The position numbers were made by a program, and so were the translations under genes. The notes under the pieces are model-generated. The model searched no databases. It saw only the letters and a program-made list of their open reading frames with translations, and was not told the DNA's origin. From Podarcis vaucheri (Eukaryota), in assembly GCA_965113315.1 (NCBI GenBank), contig OZ220373.1: a stretch of DNA of 64,000 nt; one strand, written 5' to 3'. Positions 13,225 through 26,297 of the stretch are shown here, piece after piece. Every line of letters begins with the position of its first letter. Positions within the stretch are counted from its first letter, which is position 1.

Positions 13225-14605
13225 ATCACACACAGAGTAAACTTTTCTAGTTCAACATAAAACAAACTATGTTCAAGTAAACATGTTTTAAAATGTGATT
13301 TATTCACACCTATATAGCTAAGGAGTCACACATAGACTTACTTCCACTTCTTCTGGGGCAAAAGACCTTCTTACAGAGTAATCCACCCCCAACTCAACCC
13401 TGGTTGATGGTGTGTGTGTTTGGAGAGGGAGGGAGGAAATGGTATGCAGATATTACTCCACTTCAGACATTTATTTGCAATAGGAAGAAGTGTGCTTACT
13501 TGAATCAGGGACTGTATTTAATTTTCTTTAACACAACTACTTACAGCTGCTTGCATAATATGTAGGATCTATCTTTTACAATTAATAAGGAAGCAAATAT
13601 ACTCAAGCTTTGTTGTAATTAGGATGAACAACCAAGTAAGTATAGATCAAGCAAGCTACAGTATGTTACTGAAACAGAGAGGCACTGTAACAGTGTTTTG
13701 GCTTTCCAGGACCTTTATTTATAGCTATGTGTAAGATTACTTTTAAAATCTCTTTCTAAATGTAATTTGTAATTTTCCATCAGGGATAACTTAAATGGGA
13801 TCATTAGGGCTAAGCAGTAAATTAATGTACTTGGTATAATATGTCCTTAGGGATGCAAGCTTTAATCAGAACTGGGTAAGTGTTGAGAGTTGGATATTCT
13901 CTTTAGCTAAGACCAATGCGAAATAGCTTCTCCCCAAAGAGCTGATAATATATGCCACCGTTCTGCTTTGATTCCCTGCCATCAGGATACTGAAATGCTT
14001 GCACTCATGAAACAACAACGAGCAATAGATAAATTAATAGCTTAGATGGAGAAAAAGGAAGGACATTATGGGATCAATTTGTGCTTTCTCACATGGGAAG
14101 ATCAAGGATCAATTGATTTCCACACCTGGCCTACGGATCAATGTCTGTGGGTGGGTTTAGCAAGGAAGCTTATTTTGCATTCTGACACTTGAGAGGAAGT
14201 TCAGCTCTGTTTTTCTCTAACAGCCAGTGGAGGTCTCCCTACTCCTGTAGGGTGAAAAGGCTTCAGTAAGTGACAAAATCCCTGCAGCACACAGTACAAA
14301 TGGACTAAATTCATGAGAAGTGTTGACAAACTCCAAGAGACGCTTGGAGATGAACTTATGTGCTTCTAAAAGCCCACATTAAATGGGAGGAGTGGTTTCA
14401 AAGCTTGCAAATTATTCTATGCCCCTGATCAAGGTAAAACCCAGAGAAACCCCTTTCCACATGTATCTCCCAAATCTTGCCATCTCTGAAAACCTTTTCA
14501 CCAGCCTAGTCCCTGGCAAGAGTAGCAGCAGAGGCTCTTTCCTTTCCTTATTCCTTTTCTGTCACTCTGATATGCTGAATAGGTGTTTGACTAAATGCAA
14601 AGCCT

Positions 14606-14856
14606 GAAGAAAGAAAAAAATCCTTCCAGTGACACCTTAGAGACCAACTAAGTTTTGATTGGTATGAGCTTTCATGTGCATGCACACTTCTTCAGATACA
14701 CTGAAACAGAAGTCACCAGACCCTTATATACAGTGGGAGGGTGGGTGGGTTTTTTCTCAGAAGGGTAGTAGGAGATGAGTGATTGCGTCATACCAATCAC
14801 AAACTTAGTTGGTCTCTAAGGTGCTACTGGAAGGAATTTTTCTATTTTGTTTCAAC
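14606..14856. mobile_element. Penelope-like retroelement terminal-repeat remnant, inverted arrangement
   Basis: Arms ~14614-14667 and ~14788-14840 are inverted repeats (TCCTTCCAGT..CACCTTAGAGACCAACTAAG); closely similar to 28839-29048; contains a hammerhead motif. Confidence 0.75.
14662..14699 (-). ncRNA. Minimal type I hammerhead ribozyme motif (Penelope-type), G-U at base of stem II
   Basis: Minus strand GUAU-CUGAAGA-A-GUGUG(CAUG)CACAU-GAAA-GC-UC-AUAC: core boxes, stem I GUAU/AUAC, palindromic AGCU stem III. Confidence 0.7.
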
Positions 14857-15871
14857 TTGAAAGTTAGGTCGTTCAGTTGGTAAGGTAGGCCTGTTAGAGG
14901 TTGCTGCAATTCAAGAACTATATCTCCCATGCTCTCTGGACTTTGTGTACCAGTATATGGTTATATGGTAAAGTGTCTATTAACCACAAACAAAACATAC
15001 TCATAGTTTGTTGTAGGTAATAGTTTATTGCTGGTTTATAAACCATGGTTTAGATCAACCATGGCTTAGCATAATGGGTGGGCTGGCCAGGCATTATTTC
15101 CAAACTCTGCCTTTGTTGTATCCTTCCTGCCTTTCTGGAAATATTTGTTTTAAAAGCTAAAAGTCACACTAGCCCAGGCAGAGACAACAACACTTATTCA
15201 TTGCTTGGAGTTAAAAAGAAAAGGCTGAGTTTACTACAATAGGTTAAGAGATGAATTTGATCATATCTAAGTGGTGGTTATTAAAATCAAAGATATAAGA
15301 TGCTATATCTTCCAACAAAGTTAAATCAGCATTTTTTGGTCTTAATGAAGCAGTAAGCATTTAACATGGATGTTCTTTTATTAATTCTGTAAATCTACAA
15401 GGAGTGCTTTAAAGTTAGATATGAGTGTGTCTCCCTTAATTTGCTTTCAATGCCATAGCCACTGACCCTCTAAATTGCAAGCCAATTATAAACATTTTAG
15501 TTCTAGTAGTAGTTGCATGCTGGGAGCATAAATTTAGAATGGTAATTTTAATATTCAGTTCATTAGGATGATGCTGGAAAAAATAAATTACATATTTATT
15601 GGTTAGTGTTTGTCATGCACCTGGAAAATGAAGGAGGTGGCGCATTTACAACAAAAGAAAAGTACACAACACACCTGACAATGCAGTCCTGTACATGTTT
15701 ACATGTTTACTCAGAAGTAAGTCCCACTTAATTGAAATCTTTCATATGATATGTAACATGAAAAAACTGAATTTCTCAGACAAGGAGAGATCAATATTGT
15801 TAATAGAAGGCAAAGACTGCCACTTTCTCATGCTGCTGTTTTTAAGTTAAATATTTTAAAGCTATTGAGTG

Positions 15872-16106
15872 GTTTCCAACATTAGTCATACTCAGAGCAG
15901 ACCCACTGAAATCAATGAACTTTAGTCCAGTAGGTGAGATGCAGTGCAGTATGAGCAGTCTTCCTTTCTTCTTTCCTCCTTACCCTGTTAATTGTTGTTG
16001 TAGTAGTAGTAGTAGTAGTAGTTGTTGTTGCATATGCAGGCTGCAACAACTAGCTCTCACCCACTGATTTAAATAAGTCTACTCTGAGTATGACTTAGTT
16101 GGATAT
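15872..16106. mobile_element. MITE-like inverted repeat with internal (GTT/GTA)n simple repeat
   Basis: AGTCATACTCAGAGCAGAC (15884-15902) is the reverse complement of GTCTACTCTGAGTATGACT (16077-16095) with 1 mismatch; TCCAAC/GTTGGA further out. Confidence 0.6.
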
Positions 16107-16640
16107 CATCCATTTATTCAATTTCTCTTTCTCCCTTCATCACACAGTGACAAACATTCTTGTGTTGAACCAAAGGAAGCTCTGTAAATGCCATCTTGGT
16201 AGTCAAGATAACCCCACAATTAATTGGTAGTTGTTGTAACAACAAGCTCATGCATATGTTTACATTCACTTGAAGTGCTGGGCTCTGACTCCAGAAAGGG
16301 AAACTATCCATAAGACTTGGGTATTTGCCACCTATGCCCTCATCCGGTCAGGTGAAGTGATGGAAAGACCTAGCCAAAGTGACATAAGCTGCTTTGTGTA
16401 TATAGAATGTATGGACACTTGTTTTGGGTACATACAAACTATCTTCTTACTGTGGTGTCCACCCTGGCAGGCTGATTTGCTTATACCTTCCTATAATAAA
16501 GGACTAGAACTGATCACTGGCATTTTGGGCATACTTCTGTGGTATCCCTGTACCCAACCACTCCTTTGGGCCAGTGGATCAGGACATTTCTCATTATATT
16601 AATCGTAAGCCATGATTAGAGGACTCCGAATGGCAGCATA

Positions 16641-16986
16641 AAGGTAAGGTAAAGGGACCCCTGACCATTAGGTCCAGTCGTGACCGACTCTGGGGTTGCG
16701 GCGCTCATCTCGCTTTATTGGCCGAGGGAGCCGGCATACAGCTTCCGGGTCATGTGGCCAGAATGACTAAGCCGCTTCTGGAAAACCAGAGCAGCACACG
16801 GAAACGCTGTTTACCTTCCGGCCAGAGCGGTACCTATTTATCTACTTGCACTTTGTGCTTTCGAACTGCTAGGTTGGCAGGGACCAAGCAAGGGAAGCTC
16901 ACCCCGTTGCGGGGATTCAAAGCACTGACCTTCTGATCGGCAAGTCCTAGGCTCTGTGGTTTAACCCACAGCACCACCCGTGTCCA
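16641..16986 (-). mobile_element. Sauria SINE, full length
   Basis: tRNA-like head on minus strand, body ending in ACCTT(T) tail, 12-bp TSD AATGGCAGCATA (16629-16640, 16988-16999). Confidence 0.92.
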
Positions 16987-17529
16987 AAATGGCAGCATAT
17001 GCATTGTTAAATAACCAAAAATAACAAGCAAATGTCCAGATTATATATACCCCTCTGGCAACGATTCATTAATGTGAGAAGCCTCAAAGGCAATCTTTCT
17101 CTTATGTTACTCTCTGTGGTGGCTGGAGCTCTTATAGATACCATCCGTTAAAACTCCCATTGAGTTAGGTAGTGACCTATTGCGTTTTATGAAGCAGAGG
17201 CAGTGGTAATGTGTAACAATATGCCTTTCAACAGATGGTGCCACTACAGCAATAATGAACAAATACATTTCTGCAAACTGGAATGTATGCTCAACAGATT
17301 TTTGTGGCGGCAGGTTCCTGCTTTCTGATAAGGCCTGGAGCACTTAAAAGGTCTACAGCGATCGCAATAAAAATGCCTCCTCATAAGTCTAGGCCTCAAT
17401 TAAAGGTTGTAAATAAGAATCCTGATAATAGTTTGCCATTTGTGTTCATCAGTTACTTAAGTGATGTTGGCAACAGAGGCTAGGAGACTTCCTGCCACCC
17501 ACCCACCCTCTCACAGCTCCATCTGTTAC

Positions 17530-17711
17530 CTGAATCCATGGCCATCTGTCGTTTTCTGCTGCAGTCCAAGCATTTACAAGACCTTTCTTGTTAAGTCGTG
17601 CATAGTAAGGATACCATTTCTGGAGCCCAAAAAGTGCCCGATGGGTAGATGATGCAGTAATCTGCTGGTTTGAAATTATTCCGCCTTCAATTCCCAATGG
17701 CCCAGAGCATT
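17530..17711 (-). CDS. EDIL3: EDIL3 coding exon (exon 6 equivalent), start of discoidin domain 1
   Basis: (K)[60 protein letters not shown]; 182 nt, polypyrimidine tract + CCTACAG| acceptor, CAG|GTAACA donor; phase 1-0. Confidence 0.98.
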
Positions 17712-20700
17712 CTGTAGGAAAAGAAGGGATGAAAAGAAGCAAAGATACAGAACATTTGAAACACAAGAATATGGATAATAGATTCCTGACTAGGGACAGG
17801 TGAATCTGTCAATTTCTGTTCCCCCATAATTTCTCATTTCTTCCAACATAAATTTAGTTCTCTACATTTTCACATCAGTTTGTTCACGGTCTTTTTGGAG
17901 TATACAACATCTATTTGATTAATATTCTATATCTTTGATCCTTTGCTTTAAAGATTTTTTTGATTTTATTTTTAAAAAATCATATTTCTCTGTAAGCTTA
18001 TTTCACTGTATTTTGATCTATCTTTAAAGTTGAAAATAAAACCTGTGATTTCAAAGCCTGTCAGTAGTGTTGGAGGAAAATCAATTCATTTCATTGAGGG
18101 GGGGAAAGCATTTCATATATAATCAGGATCATACATCTCACCTATGAACAGATTTGTTAGCTGCTGCTAAACCTAGCAGAAACCTAGTTACAACAGGAGT
18201 TTTAGTCAATATACTTCCTTGATGAGAAAAATTGGCATAAGTTCAGGCAATTCTGAACAAACAAAATGTTTTGTCAAGGAGGAGAAAGTAGAATCCTATA
18301 TTAGTACTAAACAATATATTTGTTTTATTCTATTTATTTAATAAAAAGACAACATCAAGATGTTAAACGGGTTGGTTAAGACATACCACATCATGATTCA
18401 TGTATTCGCTTTTGCCACCCTATTTCCCTGAAGTGCTCAGATTTCCTTCTGACCAAGAAACAAAACATTGTTTCCTGGATTATCTGAACTGAGTAAACTA
18501 TGGTTTGCAAACCAGGAGACCAACCACTTCTCAGTGTAGAAAATCCACAGCTAGAGATTTCAAATATAGTTTAAACTATTGTATACATTCATGGTTTGTC
18601 CTGTTCAGATATAGCAATGAACTATGGTGTGCCATTAAAAACAAGGCAGGGAATCAGAGCACATGGAGGAAAGAGGGAGGATGCTAATATAGGCCATATT
18701 CACGTACAGGAGGCTGATGTCAACTCCTGACATCCTTAAGCAGCTGCCAAGACTGCCAGACCCACAACTGATACCTGTCTTTAACTCTACACATTGAGCT
18801 TCAACAGGTGAGTGGATCTAGCCACCCTCTTATTTTCCCACAATGCTCTTGACACAGAGTCATTCTAGGCACACTGTGGGAAATTAAAAAGGTAGCTACA
18901 CACAGCTCTCCACCACTCTTTAAAGCATTGCCACTGAAGTCAGATAGGTTCACTGAGATCCACTGGCAATGGAGGGAGGGGGAATACAAAAGCACACTTT
19001 GCCCCGATTCCCCTCTAACGTGGAAGCAGTCCTGTTAATATCATGGTTTGGGTGTTATGTGTGAATTTACCCAGTGGCTATTGAACCAGAGTTCTACAAA
19101 TGCAGGGAGCTTCCATTGCCAGCTTCAACAAAGGTTTGTGTGCAAAGGTAGCACAGTTCCCATCAACAATTGGTTTTCCACTGTCAGAAAGTGGGAGGCA
19201 TCACTTGTGTGCTTAGAGTAGCAGTAGGGGCAGGAATAATTTATATCAGGAATAATTTACATCACAATCTGTTGATGGCTTAAACAGATCTCTAATAGGT
19301 GCACAACAAAATGTAGTATCTTTAAAATAATGGTTGCCGCTGGAAGACATTGCTTTATTGTTATTCAAGGTGATGCTGCAGTCTTGGATGCATTCTTTTA
19401 ACTTATCCAGCTAGCAGAGCTCCACAAGAAGCCATCAGCAGCTCAACACAAACAGATTTCAAATGGGAGACATGTGAAAAGCAAATATGCTTTAGACATC
19501 TGTGGTCCGCTTCTCCTTCCAGTGCCTAATTTTGTGGAATGAGATAACTCTGGCTGTGCTTAGTATGGCATGATAATAGTACCGAACACAAACCCTGACA
19601 GTGGGATTATAGATGACCTCTAATACTATGGTAGTTAATACTGATTCATGCATAAACTTCTCAATGTGCAATTTAGCTCACAGCTATTCCTGTTCTCTCA
19701 CTGCTGTTTTGTGAGAGTACTTTGCTTTGGGAGGAGTGAAAAATAAAGGAAAATAAACTTTATGGAGTATCTTTATAGATAGGTTGGAATGAATATTGTG
19801 GTAGTTTGTTTATTTCATATTATTTCCATAACCAATAGAAACTATATGGGCCATTATTGGTCCTTTTCATCCATAGCACAAAGCCTATTTTCTGCAGAGG
19901 ACCAGAATGTATTGCACAAAAGCACTTCAAGACACAGAATCTTCTTTCCTTCCAGCAGACGCAGAACACTTTTCAAGCTGCTTCATTACTGTGGTACTAT
20001 AAAATTATATGATTATGACTACAGGAACAATTTTAGGGGGCTATCCATTTTACTGACAGCTATTTAAAACAGTTGGCAGCCACAGATTACTGGTCCAATT
20101 TTAATTCTGCACATATTCAGTGATAATTGAACATGACTCCCCTCCTACCCTGCTCAACTTTATGAACAGAAGCCAAGTTTCTTTCTCAAGGTGGTATTTA
20201 CTAAATCTTTGGAGAGCCCTTGATCTATATAGCAAGTGGATACTTGTGTTCCCTAGAAGATGCGAATCCTCATTTGAACTTTGCCACAATATATTTAAAG
20301 GAAAAAATTGTCCTTCATCTTTTTCTTTTGAGAAAGGAAAAAGTGGGGATGGGATTAAGGCTTCGCTTTCATAGCAGTGAAGATATTTGTCTACTACAAA
20401 TTGTTGAAAGGGTAGGAGGCTGAAGAAGGTGAGATTTGCAGCCTATTTACTCCTTGCCACAATTCCCGCTCCCCCCCCATCAGGTAGGAGCAATTAAGGG
20501 CTGGCTTTTGAGGCACATTCAAAATAAACATGGAGGTCATTTGATATCTGCTGACAAGTCTTCAAGGGCAAGGACAGCTCCAGGTTTGAAAGCCACATGC
20601 AACCACCAAAGTCTTAGTTAGAGACAGCCGTGGTGCAGGCCATGAATGCAAGCATTATGTGTTGCAGTAGCACTACGCTAAAGGAGCAATCCTATAGCAA

Positions 20701-22251
20701 GAATCAGCAGGATGAGGGGCTAGGATCCAGTGGATCTTTGGCTGAACTAAGAAGTTCCCAGGACAGCCAGGCTGTCCCAGCCTAACTCCCTCATCCTTGA
20801 CTCAGTAGAACATATGCTGCAGGTAGAAGAGAATGACATAGGAGATCTTCTTTCCACTCACAGATTCCTATGCTGGATGTCAAGGCACTGTATGAATGGC
20901 TGGATAACCAATGCCTCTGAAAAGTTAGAGTTTCAAATGTCAATGCTTACAAGACAAAGAGAAACTTGTTCTTGTTATCATATTATTTATTGTTCAGAAA
21001 ATGGTTCTAATTTTGTCCTGTCAATATAATTTTGCTGTCAAAGTAGATATACAACATACTGTTCCCTGTTTTTTCTCTTATGCTAGTGTTTCTGTATGTA
21101 TCATTGGCGTACATCAATCAATAAGGATAATAAAACCTTCACCTATTTCATAAAATGCATTTTGGTCCATTAATGCTGAGTTGGATTGCTTTGTCTTGTC
21201 ACATCTTTCCAGTTAAATTATCAACTGAGAGGTCATCTGCTTTACTGTGGCCAACCCACACAAAAGCACCATCAAATATAATGCACTTAACATTGCTGGA
21301 AGGTACTCCCTTCAGATAATAGCTTGCTTTAGCTATGCTGCTAAAAGGGATTATCCTTTTCTTTCAAGTGTGAAATTCTGGCCTTCCACATGTATTTTAA
21401 ATTGTATTCTTTCTTTTCTAAAATTTAAATGCAACAAAAGGCTTCTCCTAAAAGATGACAACAGCATTACAAGACACATTTACTAAGATAGCTTAAAACA
21501 TACCAGCTGGCCTAATTCTTCAGTAAAGGCTGAGAATGTATCACATGTCCTTTGTAAACCATCAAGAATGCAATGCTAATGCAAAATGTTAAAAATGAGC
21601 TATTGCCACCATACAAAGCACAACTGCATGCAAATTGCTCTAATTTAAATACGTTTCAAAAGCCACAAAGCCTGTTATTTTATTTTATTTAAATATCTAT
21701 ATTAGCTTTTGAAACTTCTAATAATTGTGCCAGATGTCAGTCACATAATGTACCCCATGAACGTGGGCTACAGGAGCCTGCATAAATTTATTTGTAGAAT
21801 CAGAGCCACATCTTAAATTGAAATGCAAATATGATTGACACAGATACAAAGAGAGGTTTCAGGTATGTGAGAGAAGATCCAGAATTAATGTTTGCAATAA
21901 ATGATGCTCAACTAAATTGCCCTCCCTAATAGAGGGGAAATATCCAAGTTAAAGATTGCCAAACATTATGTGCTAAAACTAGTCAAGAGGAGTTCTGTTG
22001 GGTCCAATTGCGCCCTGTTTTCCCATTTAAACTAATGTGATGCAAACCTTATTGTATTTTGTACAATTTATATATTGCTTGATTGCAAAAAACCAACAAC
22101 ACCCAAACACCTCAAAGTGGTTTATAAAAAGAAAAAAACAGCAAAGTCATCACCAAAATAGCCAATCAAATAATAATAATTAAAATCTGCAATAAGCTAA
22201 AAACAGATTAAAACACATCTACACATTCTCCAAATCTGGATTTATTTATTT

Positions 22252-22254
<3 letters not shown>

Positions 22255-22282
<28 letters not shown>
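22255..22282. repeat. (AC)14 microsatellite
   Basis: Pure AC run. Confidence 0.95.
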
Positions 22283-22285
<3 letters not shown>

Positions 22286-23703
22286 GTTGCAGGGAATGGG
22301 AGATCACCACATGCTTCCCAAATGCTCTATGGAACTTATTCATGAATGGATGGGTGCTGTTTCCCATAGCACTAGACAGATGCTTCTGGGAACCCGCTGC
22401 TAAGAATTCAATAGTTCTTGCTCTACTGATAGGCTTTGTGGGGGCATCGGGTTCAAAACTCAACCCCTATTCTGATTATTTCTTCTAGAAGTGCTCTTAT
22501 ACGTAAGTGTTTCTGAGAGGTCAGGAATGAGTTTGTAAAAAAAAAAAAAATGAAGTGAAGTGAGACCATGGCAACCATTTCTAAACAATAATGGTTCCGA
22601 TGCAAGGCTGGCCAAAGGCGTTTTGCTGCCTGGGGTGGAGATGACACCCCTCATTCCATGTACCAAATCTGACTGGACTAGCAGCTGAATCTCATTTCAA
22701 CACTGGTGCTAGACCAGCAGCTTCCACCACACATGCTAGTTTAGGGGATGCAGAGCAGGCCAAACAAGGCACACAACCCTAAGTTTAGATGACACACAAG
22801 CCAAACCTTGGTTTAGTGTGACATGACAGCAAAAAGGACCAGGGAGAAGCAAAGCTGCTATCAGCTCCATTCTAGGAACGCACATGAATACATGTTTTGC
22901 CAAGCCAAGGTCTGGTTTAGTGTAACATGGAAACTAAGCTAAAGTAATGCATTTATTCAGAACTGAAGAGTGTCTATGTTTTGTTGACAAAATAGATGCT
23001 TGCAGATTTTCTTTCTGCTAACCTGGAACCTGATAACTAAATAATAACAGCAAACAGTTTTGATATTCTCATACATTAATGGATGATGCCCAATTCTCTG
23101 CCTATAGGCTATATGGGTAAGGTAATTTCTTGTTAAAGATGCACAAATTTATGAAATTCTTAGGCTGTATTGGGGAGCAAATAAGGGAAAAAACACTGCA
23201 GGCAGGCAGTAAAACAAAATAATAATAATAAGGTAGACTGATAATTAATATGTCCACATATGGTTTATAAAAATAAAAGGCTTGCTCTTCGAATGGAGCA
23301 CACAATGAAATTGGCACAACTTCAGGAATTTCTGATGAGATATTTCTAATATTCAGTCTGACTAAAGACAGCAGAAGGTAACATCATCTGTGTTGGTACA
23401 GTGAATAACTTCACTGTAGGCAGGCTTGTGCTGGCAGACTGCTTTGGGAATTGCATCATTAATTTAAATCCTGCCTAACAAGATCTGCTAAATATCCCTA
23501 AATAAGTTTATCACTCATAGAACAATATAAAAGCCTCCTAATCCAAAGTGGCTATTCTTATTGAAATATTAAAATCAATAGACTGACTTAGGCAGGCTTT
23601 ATCTTACGGTCCTATTATCTACATGTACAATAGAATAAGGCGGTAGAATGAATGGGCTGTCCAATTTCAGCTTGCAGGCATGTGGTCACAGTTCTGAACA
23701 CCC

Positions 23704-24347
23704 TGTTACATACACTCCAACATTTCTCCAATGAAAATAGGGACATCCCATAATGATAATTTTACTATTTATACCCCACACACCTTACTAGCTTGCCCTA
23801 CCATACCCTCCAAAATTTCTCCAATGAAAGTAGGAGTGTTACATACACTCCAACATTTCTCCAATGAAAATAGGGACATCCCATAATGATAATTTTACTA
23901 TTTATACCCCACACACCTTACTAGCTTGCCCTACCATACCCTCCAAAATTTCTCCAATGAAAGTAGGGACATCCTAAGGAAAAGTGGGACATTCTGGGAT
24001 CAAATTAGAAACCCACACACCACAGACCCTCCAAGTGTCCCTATTATTATTATTTTCCAGGGATGTCCCTGATTTAGAGAAACCATCCCAATTTCTGATT
24101 TGATCCTGGAATATCCCGTTTTTCCTTAGGATATCCCTGTTTTCATTGGATAAATGTTGGAGGGTTTGGAGTTATTCGACTCCTGAGCTGTCTGAAGGAA
24201 ATCCTGTATAGGGAAGGTTTTTTAAAAAAATGTTTACTGTTTTATTATGTTGGAGCTGCCCAGAGTAGCTGCTCAGAGGGTATAAATAGTAAAATTATTA
24301 TGGAATGGGGCGTCCCTATTTTCATCAGAGGAATGTTGGAGGGAATG
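23704..24347. mobile_element. Two oppositely oriented copies of a dispersed repeat (CATACCCTCCAACATTTCTCC...AAAATAGGGAC family, probably a non-autonomous DNA element) with an internal tandem duplication
   Basis: Plus copy ~23708-24012, minus copy ~24022-24347; a third copy at ~45225-45564. Confidence 0.7.
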
Positions 24348-24710
24348 ACACTTTCGCTTCAGGGTGATAGCTGGATGCCATGATTTGGCACCCAGCTGGA
24401 TGTCATGACCTAGGGCCAGATGTCAAGACTCATAGTGTCAACACAGCACAGCACACAACTTGGCTCACATTCTCTGTCATATTTCTGAGACCTGGGTGCC
24501 ATAACTCAGAGGTATCATAACTCAGAGCCATACCTCAGAGCTGTAACTCTGAGATGACATAACACTGAAGTTTGCACATCATGTACACAGCTAACCTCAG
24601 CCTGCTGAGTCTGCATAAACACGTTCCCACAGTTACAACCACAACTGCAAGGCCAGTTATGACTAGCCTGGCCTGGCCTAAGCTTGAGATAAGGGAGCGT
24701 CAGGAAGTAA

Positions 24711-25087
24711 AGGTAAAGGACCCCTGGAACGTTAAGTCCAGTCAAAGGCGACTATGGGGTGTGGTGCTCATCTCACTTTCAGGCCAAGGGAGCCGGCATT
24801 CATCCACAGACAGCTTCCCGGGTCATGTGGCCAGCATGACTTAACCACTCCTGGTGCAACAGAACACCATGACAGAAACCAGAGTGCACGGAAATGCCGT
24901 TTACCTTCCTGTCACAGCAGTACTTATTTATCTACTTGCACTGGTATGCTTTTGAACACCTAGGTTGGCAGAAGCTGGGGCAGAGTAACAGAAGCTCACC
25001 CCATCATGTGGATTTGAACCACGACCTTCTGATCAGCAACCCCAAGAGGCTCAGTGGTTTAGACCACAGCACCATCCACATCCCTCT
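24711..25087 (-). mobile_element. Sauria SINE, older subfamily
   Basis: Colinear with the 16641 copy but CpG-depleted; 11-bp TSD TCAGGAAGTAA (24700-24710, 25088-25098). Confidence 0.9.
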
Positions 25088-25480
25088 TCAGGAAGTAACT
25101 GTCCTGTAGCCAATTAGAAGACTACCTGACTTAGGAATGCTTTGTCCACATGCGTTCCTAGCCAATAGTGAAACAGGAAATCATGCGTCTGTGTTTGCTA
25201 CAATTGTATAATTGCATTGTGCATTCTTTGTTCTAGACTTAGTCTTTTGGGAAGTGTCCAACTGTGTTCTGTGGCTCAGAATAAAATATTTTTTACCTTT
25301 CAACCCACTGTCTCTTTATTGGCTTGGGAGGGACAGCGTTTTCAATTTGGTATCATGAGGCACCCCAGTAAAAGGTTCCAGAGGGAGGTGCTTCTGTCCA
25401 GATGCTCAGTTGGGGGCCAATGGGCCACACCACTCCCCAAAATGGCATTGTGTGGACAAGCAGAGTCCCCCAGATCCCGA

Positions 25481-26297
25481 GCGCCCCCCCGTCATGTGGA
25501 ATAACGACTCAAGACAACATGCTATGGGGATTAAATTGGCCACAACTTTATTAAATTTCAAATGTGGGTAGACCTTGGCTCAGGCATTGGGCGTTATCCC
25601 TCACCAGTCCCCAGCCGGGGACCTAGGGAGCATCAGGGTTATCCAGTGTGTGTGGGGGGGATGGGCCGGCTCTGGAGAACATATGTTCAAGCAGAGATAG
25701 CCGCCCCCGTTGCACCACCGCTGCTGCAGGGGAGAGCAATGACAACCTTTTGGCGTACGGTCAAAGCCTCCCTTCAGAAACCCCTTTAATGGGGAACCCT
25801 GGTATTGCCGCTGCAAAGAGGAAGATGGACTAAAGGATTCCGCCCAAGGCCTGATACCGCCAAAGTTGTGACGTTTTGCTAGAGGAAAGGCGAAACCTGC
25901 CAATGCAGGGAAATTCCTTTCCAGCCCTTTAACAGCGACCTTGACATAGCAGTGCCCGCACACCTGTGAAGAAAAGTTAACCTGCAAACCTGTGAAGAAA
26001 GGTTAACCTGCAAAACAAGACATTAACTCAGGGTGGGTAGGGTGGGAGAAGCTCTGGAGCCAAGTGAGGATTCCCAGGTAAGATCCTCCCTCTATTGTGT
26101 GGGCAGGTAGTCCCTCCCCTACCTGGCCTGGTCTCCTTGGCAACGCTCCCCCCAGGTGGGATTGGACAGCTGACTGAGGTAGGCGGAGACCTCCAAGTAT
26201 CCCACCTGAGGGAAGGCGAAGCCAAGCCTATGCTGATGCTCCAGATCCAGGGGCTGCGCGCGTCCACGCAAAGGGCGCCCCCCGTTTTATGTGTGGA
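25481..26297 (-). mobile_element. Solo LTR-like terminal repeat, tentatively Ngaro/DIRS (tyrosine recombinase) retroelement
   Basis: GC-rich island with minus-strand AATAAAGTTGTGGCC; shares several motif blocks with 57135-57878; no TG..CA ends or clean TSD found; 26-bp tandem duplication at 25962-26013. Family name is from recollection. Confidence 0.55.

Noticed and set aside
16718-16936. Repeated 'MAEGAGIQLPGHVA' ORF family (also 35809, 24754, 27139, 39206)
   Set aside because: Antisense translations of Sauria SINE copies, not a gene family.
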